Shown here in pieces: positions 1-11,700 of a DNA stretch of 64,000 nt. Under the pieces are notes generated by a model. It saw nothing but the letters and a program-made list of their open reading frames with translations. It made no database searches and was not told the DNA's origin. The translations under genes were made by a program, and so were the position numbers. The stretch is taken from the NCBI GenBank assembly GCA_000165345.1, contig CM000435.1, positions 192,001 through 256,000 of the forward strand. The letters are read 5' to 3'. Each line of letters begins with the position of its first letter. The stretch's first letter is position 1.

Positions 1-1207
1 CCTCTAATACTGCTTCATCCTGAACTTGTCCAGAGTTTCTAAGACCCTGTATTAATCTTGTATATTCATCTTGTAGCCTCTGTTCATCTAATGAAGAGAG
101 ACTTTCGATTTCTGATTTCAAAGTTCTTAAGTTACGTGCAGCGCCGCTTAGGATTTGTCTATTCATATTGACAGATAAAGCTTCAATACAAACGTTATCT
201 ATATTGTGTGCTTCATCAAATACAACAACACTAGGCTCTTTGGTTCCTTCTTGCTCCGGAAGAAGAGAAGCTGCAAATTTGGACCCAAGACTAAGTCCAT
301 TTGGATTTGCTCCATGGCTGAATCCTTGAGATACTGTTCCACCTCCTAAGAGAGAGGCCTGAGCAACCTTTGGATCTAGAATATATTGGTAATTAAGTAC
401 GACAACTTTAGCAGTTTGAATGAGCCTTTTAGAAGCAAAGTATGGGCAAAATTGGATTTTCTTTCCCAAAATTGGATGTTCCCAGTTCTTACTAAAGTCT
501 TTAAATTCATCAATAGTGTAAATCCCTGTAGGAACAAGATCACTGCTCCATACCCTTTCATAAGCTTCATAGTATGGACATAAAGTTGTACATCCAGACT
601 CCAACATTTCTTCAATATCGGCGATTTCTGTCATTTTTGAAGAATTTGCATCCCCCTCACTCAAAGCACTTCTTTCTCTTGCTTCCATCTGATGTTTTGC
701 TCTTACCCAAGGAGCTGTCATTGATCTACACATAGAATCAATCTTGTCTCTGTCAGCATGTACCGATACTCTAGGATTGATACACATGTTTCTTCTAGCA
801 GTCATACCAATTCCCAGTATGGAAGCAGCACTAAAACGAGACTCAGAGACTGACGCAAGAGAGGAATTGTTTTCACTCTTTATTTCTTGCTCTAACTTAA
901 TCTTATCATTTTCTATTTCCTTCTTACAATAATCAACAACTGTTTTAAGCTCCTGTAGTGCCTTTTCCATTTCAGCCACAGTACGAGTGCAATAAATTAA
1001 CTTACCCATATTGGGATGAACCAACTGATAAGACGTGATAAAAGATAATAAGGTTACCGTTTTACCAGTACCTGTAGGCATTTCAAGAACTCCATGGCTG
1101 TGAGCATCTAGAATCTGCTTCAAGTACTTCATATACTCAAGTTGTTCAGGGTAGACATTATCATATGGAAAGAAAACTTCCAATTCCTCAATAAAAAACC
1201 GAACCAT
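1..1207 (-). CDS. ERCC2: TFIIH/NER DNA helicase XPD (ERCC2/Rad3 family), N-terminal part (about 402 aa). The ATG is the complement of 1205-1207 and the CDS continues past the window's left edge.
   Basis: Manual minus-strand translation gives MVRFFIEELEVFFPYDNVYPEQLEYMKYLKQILDAHSHGVLEMPTGTGKTVTLLSFITSYQ ... VVVFDEAHNIDNVCIEALSVNMNRQILSGAARNL ... DEQRLQDEYTRLIQGLR. These match the XPD helicase motif I (GTGKT), the DEAH box (FDEAHNIDNVCI) and the arch-domain DEQRLRDEY signature. The ORF track does not list it because it runs off the window edge. Confidence 0.9.
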   Translation of the reverse strand, partial: MVRFFIEELEVFFPYDNVYPEQLEYMKYLKQILDAHSHGVLEMPTGTGKTVTLLSFITSYQLVHPNMGKLIYCTRTVAEMEKALQELKTVVDYCKKEIENDKIKLEQEIKSENNSSLASVSESRFSAASILGIGMTARRNMCINPRVSVHADRDKIDSMCRSMTAPWVRAKHQMEARERSALSEGDANSSKMTEIADIEEMLESGCTTLCPYYEAYERVWSSDLVPTGIYTIDEFKDFSKNWEHPILGKKIQFCPYFASKRLIQTAKVVVLNYQYILDPKVAQASLLGGGTVSQGFSHGANPNGLSLGSKFAASLLPEQEGTKEPSVVVFDEAHNIDNVCIEALSVNMNRQILSGAARNLRTLKSEIESLSSLDEQRLQDEYTRLIQGLRNSGQVQDEAVLE

Positions 1208-1308
1208 TTCTCATTAAATGAGTGCTCTCCTTATTACGAATGTGAGCAGTCTCTCACTTTCTTGTAATTATCAGCCTATGTTAGCTATGCCTACAATCAG
1301 AAAATAAC

Positions 1309-1319
1309 TTGGCGCCAAA
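1309..1319. promoter_or_regulatory. Palindromic E2F-like site TTGGCGCCAAA in the 180-bp divergent spacer between XPD (minus) and TGT (plus)
   Basis: Read directly from the sequence. GGCGCC-core E2F-like sites recur upstream of most genes in this window. Confidence 0.4.
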
Positions 1320-1387
1320 CCTATATTAGAGAAAACTAAAAATTAAGTCATTTGTATAGAAAATTACAAATAATAGGTTAAAACCAT

Positions 1388-2707
1388 TTGAATTTCATTG
1401 CTTGTAGTTTTATGAGAAACGAGATAAGTAAAGAAAGTAATGAGCCTCACCATGAGGATTCAATGAGCCTTCCTCCTGTACTCCCAATTAAAAAGGGAGA
1501 AGCCTTATCTTTTTACGTAGCTCATAGTTGTGGTAGAGCTAGATATGGAGTATTAAATCTTCCTCATGGAAGAGTGGATACTCCAATATTTATGCCAGTT
1601 GCTACTCATGGATCGATTAAGGGGCTTTCTTCCCTTCAGGTTGAAGAGCTGAATGTACCTATTTTATTGGGAAATGCATACCATTTAGGTAGCAGGCCAG
1701 GAGATGAAATTATTGATAAATTTGGAGGTTTGCATAACTTTATGAGGTGGAACAGGAACATTTTGACTGATAGTGGAGGATTCCAGATGGTTTCTCTTTT
1801 AAAATTTGCTAATATTACAGAAGAAGGAGTCGAATTTAGGCATCCATATACGAATGCAAATTTACTATTCACACCAGAAAAATCTATTCAAGTCCAGAAT
1901 GCAATAGGAGCTGATATAATTATGCAGCTTGACGATGTAATCACTGCCAAATCTACAGATTATCAAAGATTTGATGAAGCAGTTGATAGAACGACACGAT
2001 GGTTGGATCGTTGTATAAAAGCTCACAAAAAACCTGATAAACAAAATTTGTTTGCAATTGTACAAGGAGGAATTTTTAAAGATCTTAGGGAAAGATCTCT
2101 GAAAAGTCTTAAGGAAAGAAATACTCCAGGATACGCAATTGGAGGTCTTTCTGGAGGCGAAAGCAAAGACAGTTTCTGGCAAATAATTGAGTTATGTACC
2201 AGATCTGGTGTTGGACTTCCTGAAAATAAACCAAGATACGTTATGGGAGTTGGATATCCTATTGATATTTTAGTTTGTGTAGCACTAGGAGCTGATATGT
2301 TTGATTGTGTATATCCCTGTAGAACTGCAAGGTTTGGAACAGCTATGGTTCACAATGGACTACTCAAACTAAAATTAAGTAAATACAAGGATGACGCAAG
2401 ACCAATCGATTCCAGATGTAAATGCTACTGCTGTAAGCATTACTCCAGAGCTGCACTATATAGAATTGTCCTTAAAGATTCGCTTGCATGTCAACTTATG
2501 ACGATCCATAATATATCTTTCATGATGGAGTTTTGCAATGATATGAGAAACGCAATTAAAAACCAAACTTTTGGAGAATACTGCAAGTCATTTGTGAGAA
2601 ATTACTATTCGTCTACTGAATTAGATCACTTAAGTGATTTAGAAAAAAAAGAAGGTATCCCAAAATGGGTTGTTGATGCTTTTAAATATATTGATATTCA
2701 TTTATAA
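1388..2707 (+). CDS. QTRT1: Queuine tRNA-ribosyltransferase catalytic subunit (eukaryotic tRNA-guanine transglycosylase). The real start may be the internal Met at 1412 or 1463.
   Basis: LNLPHGRVDTPIFMPVATHGSIKG, LLGNAYHLGSRPG, TDSGGFQMVSL and the C-terminal zinc site CKCYCCKHYSRAALYRIV (CxCxxC..H) are all TGT hallmarks. Confidence 0.88.
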   Translation: MNFIACSFMRNEISKESNEPHHEDSMSLPPVLPIKKGEALSFYVAHSCGRARYGVLNLPHGRVDTPIFMPVATHGSIKGLSSLQVEELNVPILLGNAYHLGSRPGDEIIDKFGGLHNFMRWNRNILTDSGGFQMVSLLKFANITEEGVEFRHPYTNANLLFTPEKSIQVQNAIGADIIMQLDDVITAKSTDYQRFDEAVDRTTRWLDRCIKAHKKPDKQNLFAIVQGGIFKDLRERSLKSLKERNTPGYAIGGLSGGESKDSFWQIIELCTRSGVGLPENKPRYVMGVGYPIDILVCVALGADMFDCVYPCRTARFGTAMVHNGLLKLKLSKYKDDARPIDSRCKCYCCKHYSRAALYRIVLKDSLACQLMTIHNISFMMEFCNDMRNAIKNQTFGEYCKSFVRNYYSSTELDHLSDLEKKEGIPKWVVDAFKYIDIHL

Positions 2708-2909
2708 ATTGCAATAAGCATCAGTATTACACTATTTATAAAGGTATTGGCTATCTAATATTTAACGTATATTACTAATTCTAGAAAAGGTTTACAGGGT
2801 CATTCATTAACATTAGTTTTTCTTTTTTTTTTAGCTCGATTATTATTTCCACATGAAATATGTATTATTTTTCTATTACCGGTGTTTATTTTTAATTATT
2901 TAAAAAATG

Positions 2910-2994
2910 TTTGCATGTATTAAATGTGCATGCAACTGCTATTTAAACCCAATTGCATGTGGACAATTAATAATTAAGAAAAAGTTGCATGCAG
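2910..2994. promoter_or_regulatory. Cluster of four TGCATG(CA) motifs about 270-350 bp upstream of the Patched-like gene
   Basis: TTGCATGTATTAAATGTGCATGCAAC (2910-2935), TTGCATGTGG (2953-2962), TTGCATGCAG (2985-2994). The GCATGC palindrome is the dominant GC-containing motif in the spacers of this window. Confidence 0.4.
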
Positions 2995-3259
2995 TAAAAT
3001 TTGACAGAAAGTAGTTTAAATAAAAAAAAATTTTTTTCTGTTATGAAAGAATAAAAAAAATAGTTTTTAAGCTATAAAGTATCAAAGAATAGAGTCATAA
3101 TTGGCTTGGATTATTTATGAATAGGAGAAATTAAATAATCTGACTATATAATAAAAATTAAGAAAATCATTAATAGGTTAAACAAATTTTCACATGAAAT
3201 AATAGGGGATAACGTCATTTTATGTAAAGGAAATCTCTTGAAAAAGAAAGGTTTCTCAA

Positions 3260-6200
3260 ATGAGTGAATCAAATGTATCAAATAATACAGAGAATAAAGG
3301 GAAAAACAATGGAGATGACGTTGGGGTATATGTTCATTCTGAGTCAGATTTGACTAGCTTTGCGAGAGAAAATATAAACTTTGCAACTAAAGATGATGAA
3401 AATAAGCCAGAGAGAATGATAAAGGGTTCTCAGAGTAGCTTTCCAACAATAAAGTCGACAATAGAAAAGATTAAAATGCCAGCTAAGCTACTCCAAAAGT
3501 GTGTGGACGTAATATTCCATGGGAGATGGAAAATGATAACTTTGAACTACTTTGAAAGATTTTTCATGGTTTATTCGAGATTTGTATTCAGGCATTCAAT
3601 GGCAGTAATTATCGCAGTGACATTAATTTGCCTTTTTTTGGGTATAGGTAAGTTTATTTTATAAGAACTAAAAGCCTGAAGAAGGCTTGTACGCATTGTT
3701 AGAATATATAATTCGTTTCTAGGCCATTTATTTAGACATCCTGTCGAGGATTCTGAAAGACAATTTGCTCTCCCTCATAGCAAGGCAAAAAATGACGAGA
3801 ATTTTTATAATTTAGCATTTCCAGGTGCAAGAACAAGACATGAGATTGTGATTTTCAAGGCGATTAGTGGTGGTTCAGTTATTACGAATGAAAACTTGCA
3901 TATAATGAAAAGCTTTCATGAGGGCTTAATGAATTTAACTTTTACACTTGATGAAACTGAGGCAAAGGAGCTATTAGAAGCATATAATGAGCTTAGAAAT
4001 AGTACATCTTCAAAGCAAAGAGCCACAGAAGAGAATCACTTAAACCAAACCACTTCAGAAGAGGGAGGTCACTTAAGAAGCATTCTAGAAAGTCCAATAG
4101 TAAAAATGAATAGTATTGAAGAATATGAATTAATAAAAAGGAAGCTGATCCCTGGTCAGAAGTTTGGCTTTGGAGCAAAAAGGAACTTTAATAAGAATAA
4201 ATTTGGGCAAAATAATCATAGTCAGAACAGCACTCGTAATGATTCCAATATTCAGTCTAAAAAGAAAGAGAATGAAAAACACTATTTAGATACAGAAATG
4301 TTTACAGGAAATGATTATATTGCACCACAAATTGTTGAAGAAAAGGATTCATCAGGAAAAATTGTGAAAAAGTATAAATTTAATTTCAGTCATGTTTGTG
4401 CGAGAGTTCAAGGTGGCTCATGTAGACGTCCATCTGGGATTTTATGGATGTATAAAGATACAAAAGATTTTGGGAAACCCATCCCAGCTCCTTATGTAAT
4501 TAATACACTAACTTATCAATCTTTTAGAACTGATATGTGGCTTTCACCAATAGGAATGGAACATGAAAAGAAGACTGATCATGTAAAGGCATCTAGGGCA
4601 GCAATTCTTGAATACCAACTTTCAGATCAAGATAAAATGAAGAGGTTTTCATTCAGATGGGAAGAACAATTCATGAAATACTGTGAAAAAGTGCAGAGAA
4701 GGTTACAAAAAGGTGATTATGGGGATGATTTAAGAGATGGGTCCAATTTCTTAGCATTTACTAATGAATTAGATGTTCATTCGCAAGCACATACAACTAA
4801 TAACAACATTAAGAAAAAGAATGACACTGAACATATCCAAAATGATGATTTGGTTTTTGATGAATTGGATGATATTTATATTGCAGAAACCGAAAGGGTT
4901 CATATAAAAAATAATACAGGGCATGAACAATTATCATATACAATTCCAAATATTAAGAGAATAAATAAAGGAGCAACCAAATACTTATTTAAAGGAGATA
5001 CTGCTAATGCTCCACTATCAATATTTTATAATGCAAGAAGAGCTCTTAGTGATGAACTCACAGAACAGACTTATATACATACTCCAAAAGATTTTGCAAT
5101 CATTGGCTCTCTTGTTGTTATACTACTCATTTATGGTTGGACTGTTGGATATGGAAGCAATATATATACTTCAAGAGCAACTAGTGGAGTTTGTGGTGCT
5201 ATTGCAGCCTTATTGGCATTTATTGGAGGAGCTGGATTATGTTATTTAGCAGGCTTGGAACATACATCAACTGCATCAGCTGCTCCATTTCTAGTACTTG
5301 GAGTTGGTATGGACGATTCTTTTGTTGTAATTAACTCATTTAATATGACGTATCCATTAAAGAATGCTGAAGATAGGATTGTTTCAGCTGTCAGAGACTG
5401 TGGTCTATCTATTTCTCTTACAACTTTGACTAACTTATTATCATTTGCAATTGGGACATCTGCAGGATATTTAGCAATCAAGAATTTCTGTATTTTAACT
5501 TTTGTTGGATTATTATTTGGTTACATAACTTGTCTAACGATATTATTGGGAGTGCTTTGTATAGATGCACGGCTTGAAGAGAAAAAGATGATAAAAATTT
5601 TTGGAAGAGAATTCTTTGCAAATCGTAAACATCCAGATCCACTTGTTCCTGAAATGGAAATACCAGTTGAGAAGTTCTCCACTGTAGCTCTAATTGGATT
5701 TTTAGTTTCTCAATATAAACATTTTAATGATTCAAAGGTGAATACTCAAGAATTAATTTTGATAGAAAATGAATCTTCTATTGGAAAGAATATTGATCCT
5801 AATGAAATTCAGGTATCAAAAATTACAAATAATTTTGAGGATGCATCAATAAACAGCCCAATAGACGAGGAAGAGATTATTGTTAAAGCTGGCCAAATTA
5901 ATGTTTTATATAAGAGTAAGGCTTCTGTAAGTGAAGAGCAAACACAAAATACTACTTACATGAATAATTCAGGGTCCCCAAGTACCTTGTTTAGTAATAA
6001 AACATCATCAATTCAGTCAAAAGAAAATATATTTGAAGCCCAAAGAAAATTACATTCAAATTTAGGATCTGAGAAATACTTGGAAAATGATCACAAAGAC
6101 TTATCAAATAATTTTAATTCTTCTAATCAAATTGATAAATTGAAGGATAAACTAATAAGCATTTCCAAATCAGAAAAAAGTAATTCAAGATCTAGTAAAA

Positions 6201-7900
6201 AGAAGAATGAACATAATAAAGCTAAACATGAAAACCAATCTCAAGGAAAAAAATTGATCCCAAATTTCGCTGATATTCTAGATACGAGATTACTTAATTA
6301 CAAAAGAGGAAGATCTAATGCTCATAGTTCTATTCAACTCACTGAGAATATTGAAGTTTCTGATTATACTGCGGAACAACTTAAAAAAGATAAAGGAATG
6401 GTTTCAAAAAGCCAAACTGAAAGTTCGTTGTTAAGTTCTCCAAATTCGGGAGGGTCATATTTCTCAGAAAGCAAACTTCAACTAACTAATTCCGACTTTA
6501 CATCCTCAAGTTCTTCATCAGAATCTGAAACCAGCTCATCAGGGTCTGAATTAACCGTTTTCCCAATGGAAGCAAAACAAAATATTGGTCGAAAAAGTCG
6601 AAGATTTGTAATTAAATATTATGCGACTTTTCTTACAATGACTTCAACAAGAGTGATTATACTCATCCTAGCATCGATCTTCCTAGCTGTCTCAATCTAT
6701 TCTTCAATCAAGCTTAAAATGGGACTTGACTTAAAGGTTTTAGCTCCTCCAAGTTCCCAGGTTTACAAGTTTTATGTTAACCATGAGCAATTATTCAATA
6801 AGTACGGAGATGTCACATATATGATGTTTCAGGCTACACAAAAGTTAGGAGACAATAATAATAGTAATAACAATAACTGGTGGGAAGAATCATTTATTCG
6901 TGATTACAAAGAATTACAAACAAAGATACATGATTCTTGGTTTACCGAAATTAAACTTGATGGTATGGTTGCTTTCTATGATTCTTTATTAATTAAAGGA
7001 CTCCCAAAGAATTCTGTCGAATATTCAAAGATGCTTAAAGCATTTATTAGTTCCCCATACAATCGTCACTTTGAAGATGATTTTGTTTTTAATCAAAATA
7101 CTGGAGAATTAGAGGCTTGGAGGTCTGTATTGATTCCAATTTATCTTCCGGATACCTCTGTTAGAGGAAAGTATATGACTGATATAAGAAAGATTATGGG
7201 ATCTGTACCAGGAGTGAAAAATCCAATTGCTTACAGCCCCTTGTTTATATTTTATGAAAGTGACGTATCCATACTTCCTCAAACATTATATAATATGGGA
7301 TGTGCTTTAATTGCAGTTTTACTTGTAAGTTTCATATTTATTAATTATAAAAACAATTTATCTCATTAAATTTTAATCTTCAGGCTTCTTTAATATTAAT
7401 GCCAAGTATATCTTCAGTTATTATTGTTATTATTATTCTATGTATGGTGGATGTATGTATTATTGGAATGATGGCACAATGGGGGCTTCAGTTAAACATG
7501 CTTACAATGGTTAATTTGATTATGTCTATTGGTATTTCTGTTGATTATTCTACCCATATTTGCCATTGTTTTGCTCATTGTTCTGGTAAAGATAGAAATA
7601 CAAGAGTTATTGAGACTTTGGGTAAGTTTTAAGAAATGCAAATTATTACTATAAATATTACTAAATCTCTTTTTAACTTAAGGATTAATGGGAATTCCAA
7701 TTTTCCACGGTGCAATGTCAACTCAATTTGCAGTAACTGTATTGGCATTTTCAGATTCATATGTACTTCAGACATTCTACAAAATGATGACTTTGGTTGT
7801 TTGTATTGGAATTTGTTATGGAGCTATTATTCTTCCAGTTATTCTTACAGTTTTTGGTCCAATGGATGTTATTAAATACACTAAAGCTGAACATAAATAA
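3260..7900 (+). CDS. Patched/NPC1/Dispatched-like RND-superfamily membrane protein with a sterol-sensing domain. Four exons: join(3260..3647, 3723..7324, 7384..7621, 7683..7900), 1481 aa.
   Basis: Four ORF-track pieces (3260..3664, 3848..7369, 7399..7632, 7688..7900) join in frame across three GTAAGT...AG introns. Exon 1 gives N-terminal TM1 (MAVIIAVTLICLFLGIG). Exon 2 holds the sterol-sensing-domain helices (IIGSLVVILLIYGW..., GAIAALLAFIGGAGL, FLVLGVGMDDSFVV with the RND GxxxD motif, LTNLLSFAIGTSAG, LTFVGLLFGYITCL), then a long loop and TM7 (VIILILASIFLAVSIY). Exons 3-4 give the second TM bundle (IIVIIILCMVDVCIIGMMAQWGLQLNMLTMVNLIMSIGISVDYSTHI; GIPIFHGAMSTQFAVTVLAF; LVVCIGICYGAIILPVILTVFGP). 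Splice phases are consistent and the total is divisible by 3. Confidence 0.8.
3648..3722 (+). other. Intron 1 of the Patched-like gene (75 nt, GTAAGTTT...TTTCTAG)
   Basis: The GTAAGT donor follows ...LFLGIG. The exon-1 ORF otherwise hits a stop 17 nt later. The acceptor TTCTAG restores the frame into the 1173-aa ORF with no intervening stop. Confidence 0.75.
7325..7383 (+). other. Intron 2 of the Patched-like gene (59 nt, GTAAGTTTC...AATCTTCAG)
   Basis: The donor lies right after ...IAVLL. The downstream exon continues ASLILMPSISS... (second TM bundle) in frame. Confidence 0.75.
7622..7682 (+). other. Intron 3 of the Patched-like gene (61 nt, GTAAGTTTTAAG...AACTTAAG)
   Basis: The donor follows ...ETLG. 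The acceptor joins to GLMGIPIFHGAMSTQFAV... in phase 1. Confidence 0.7.
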
Positions 7901-8494
7901 TTTATTACAACAGAAATGTTCAATATTAGACACCTTTGGGGAGGCTTCAATTTTCATTTATTTTTTTTTTATTATTATTCACCAAGTAAGATTGAATAAT
8001 AATTTTGATTCATTCAAATATTTGAACAAAAGTATAGCAATTAAAGATTAATCACTTTATTTTTTAAGACTAATATTGATTTCCTGGCCTATTCTGATAT
8101 CTATATCTTATACCGTCTAATGATTAATATACAATGGGTATTTAAGTAATTGTAAACGAACAAGTAAAACTCATTTTTTAATAGTAAATCAAAAGATATA
8201 ATCTATAACATGCTAATTTAAACATTAAGTAATATTTTTTAAATTACATGCAATAAAATAATATTTTTCAAAGCTTATTCCAGAAAATTTAATTATATTA
8301 AATTTCCAAGATAATTATTATGGATAAAAAAAAAACATAATTGTCAAAGATAGTACCAAAGCTAGTATAAAGGTGATAAATTGAATGGAATAATGCACAT
8401 TTGTTTAACAAAAACTTCGATCTGACAATATCTACATATTCAGATTTAAAAATGATTTTTTAACTATATACCGGTAATTAATTCAAATGCATCA

Positions 8495-8505
8495 GCGCGC
8501 CAAAA
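8495..8505. promoter_or_regulatory. E2F-like site GCGCGCCAAAA about 225 bp upstream of the HEATR1/UTP10 start
   Basis: Read directly. An adjacent TATACCGGTA (8467-8476) resembles the ATACCGGC motif family described in the findings. Confidence 0.35.
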
Positions 8506-8730
8506 GAGGTATCGAGAATTTTATAAATGTCAATAAAAAACTGGAAAATAGATTATATTTTTCTTTTCAATATATTTTTTAAATAAGAATAAAGAAAAGT
8601 AGAAGCTTAAACAGGTAATAAAGAAGAAGTATCTCTTTTGAGTCTTTGTTAAGAATTAGAGTTTTATGAGTAATTACCAATACAAAAAAATTAAGTATTA
8701 GAGGTGAAAGGAAGAAAATAATATATTATA

Positions 8731-11700
8731 ATGTCTACAGAGTTACAGAAACAGATAAATTTTCAGTTAAGAAACAATGAATTAACTTTCTTATCTCAGA
8801 GGGCTCTGAAAGTGAACAGAAACAAAAAAGAAAGAATTTCTTTTCTTTTTGATACTAGTAATACAGAATTTCATTCAAGAAAGGGACTTAAACCTGATAA
8901 TAGGATCCCAATTTATGAAGATCTTGGAAGATTAAGATACCTTGCTGAACAGGGACTCATGGAGTTAGAGTCTCTAAATCCAAGAATTTCTCATGAATCT
9001 TTTAATGAATTTTTTGAGAATACTGATGTTCCTTCAATTCAAATGTTGACAAAACAAGAAGCTGGTGAGATGTTAAGAAAGTTGGAAAGATTAATAGATT
9101 TTTTGGTACCTTATTTTCTATTGGAATCTGCAAAAATTTGCATAGAGTATTTAATTCAGGCTTATGATATCAATGTTTTATTGGGTGAATATCTTTTTTA
9201 CTCTTTTCTGCCCTACCACGATATGGCAGAATTTTGTCAATTAATTAGAACTTTGGATATACCAGAAAACAGTGAGATCAAAGGTTTGGTTGACTCAATT
9301 AAGACAACAAGAACCGTAATCACTTCTAGAAGTTATCTTTCTTCAATTTTAATCAGAAATCCAGCTTTGTTTAAGAATATTGTCATATTTTGGGAGAAAA
9401 GATTAGAAACATTTCAATTAACTAAGAATATACCATTAACTAACTTAATAACTTGGTTAGTTATTGAAATTATTGAGGACTTATCCAGATCTAAAGATTT
9501 AAAGAATCTTCATATTTTTCTTGAAAGTATTATTGAAATTATTATTTTTGGTACTTGTTTAAAAGGATCTCAATATGAAGAGTTAAGATCTACAGGATAT
9601 TGTATACTATATAAATTATCAACACCTCTTCTTTCTCTCTCAAATGAAACTCAGGTTAGAATTATTGATGAACTTTTCAAATCTATTTCAAGAAATCAAA
9701 CATATTCACCAAATTACCTTTCTGAGACAATTCTATTAATGAATCATATCTTAACTCAATTTGGAACTTTGACTCATTATGAATATTTAGATCATGAAAT
9801 ATCTGAATTTATTATAGAGAATCAAGCTATTTTTATCAGTGCTTTTAAACAATTATCAGAATGGGAAAGTGATTTTCTACAAATCCTTGCTTTGATTACT
9901 AAATCGATCATCAATTTTGGGGTTAATCAAGATCAAAGTTTTTCAAGACCTTGTCTTAACTTTTTTGAAAGTATCTTAAATTGTTTAGGGAATTCATCTT
10001 CCCTATTATTAATGGATGAAAGACAATCTAAAATGATTAAAGTTATTATTCTAAGCTTAATAGACGTTTACTCTCAAGATCAAATTCAAAATCCATTTTT
10101 TGGAAATATTATTAAAATTCTTCATACAAATTATCCATCTGAACTACTTTCTGCTCTCAGCTTTTCTTTAAATGTTTCTTCATCTCCACAATCACAATTA
10201 TTTGAACTTAAAGAAAAGGCTCAAATGTTTGTGGATATTGTTCTTAAAGAAGAAGAAGAAGCAAAAAGTGATTCTGGTATATTACAATCTAAAGAAGGAG
10301 AAAGTTCACGTATGTTCTTAACTTTACTAAATAGTCAAGACAAATCAGTATTAAATTCTTGTTTGGATATGATTATCAATTTGATAAAGAAATCTTCAAA
10401 GAATCCCAGTGAAATAACTCAATTTGAGAAGAGAGTATTTGAATTATCATTAAGACATTTCCTCGGTTCCTTTAATGATGAAAGTGGTAAACAAAATAAC
10501 TTTGGCGAGGAATATGCTTTAAAAATTTTAAGCTTACCTCAAACAATCGAAATTTCAAAATTTTTAGATCTTGAAGATATCCCGTCTCAAGATCAAGGCC
10601 ATCGTGATCTCCAAAAACAATGGAGAGTTAATTTGATTTTTAAGAGTTTTCTATTTTATTTTAAATCCAAAATAACATCAGGATATTCTACTCTTATAAA
10701 ATATTTTTCAAAAGAAATTTCATCCGAATTAAACTTGAAGGATCATCAAAATGGTAACTTTAATATTGAAGCTATGATTATGGAATCTACATTTTCTCAT
10801 ATATTTGGTCAAAATTTTGAGACAAATCTTATGGATTTATTTAAAAGTTTTTCTATTATTCTTGAAAATGATACTTTTGAGCTGAAGAATCAAATGAATA
10901 ATTTGGATGTAATTCTAATGGAGAATTCAGATATCTTTATTCCTCTATTCACCTTAATTTCACATGAAAATCTTTCATTTTCTCAAGATCTCAAAAAATC
11001 TTCAACTAGATTACTTGCTTTAATGTATAAGAATGATCAAATCAATACCTATTTTAAGCAAATCCTATTTAAATCAAGCGTAAACTGTTTGGAAATTTCT
11101 TTAATCTTATTATCACTGAAGAAGCTTAATTTAGATCTTAGATCTAGTTATCTCCTACCTAACCACTCATTTTCAAAGTTTGGAATTTATTTAAATAATG
11201 ATCAAGAAATTATCAGTCTATTGGAAACTTTATATTACAAATTTTACTATTATATCAGTTCCGCAATAAGACCACTCAAGAATGATAAAAAAATATCCAA
11301 TCAATTAGTTGGTATTTATATTTTAATTATATTCAGATCTACTTTACAAATTGTCTCATCTAGACGAGATCATTTCATTTTATATTATAAATTATTGAAT
11401 ATTTCCTTGGTGGATACTTTAGATATTGGAATTCTTTCAACAAATCATTTGGGATTACCATTGTTTCAAATGATTAATTCTTGTTTTGATTCTAATAATG
11501 AAAAAAAGAATAAAAAGATCTCAATTTTGGTTATCAATCTTACAAGGAACTTATTCAACATTTTGTCTCAAAGTGGGTCAGCATCATTTAATTTAGATTA
11601 TCTTAATAATGATCAATCATATTCAATATTTTATGGAAAGAATGTATATTTAGATACATTAATAAGTCATAGTTATTCTTTTCTGGAAATAATTACTTCA

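Noticed and set aside
376-615. Two short ORFs (79 aa minus, 65 aa plus) listed at the left edge
   Set aside because: Both are out-of-frame or antisense readings inside the XPD coding region, whose real frame gives a continuous helicase sequence.
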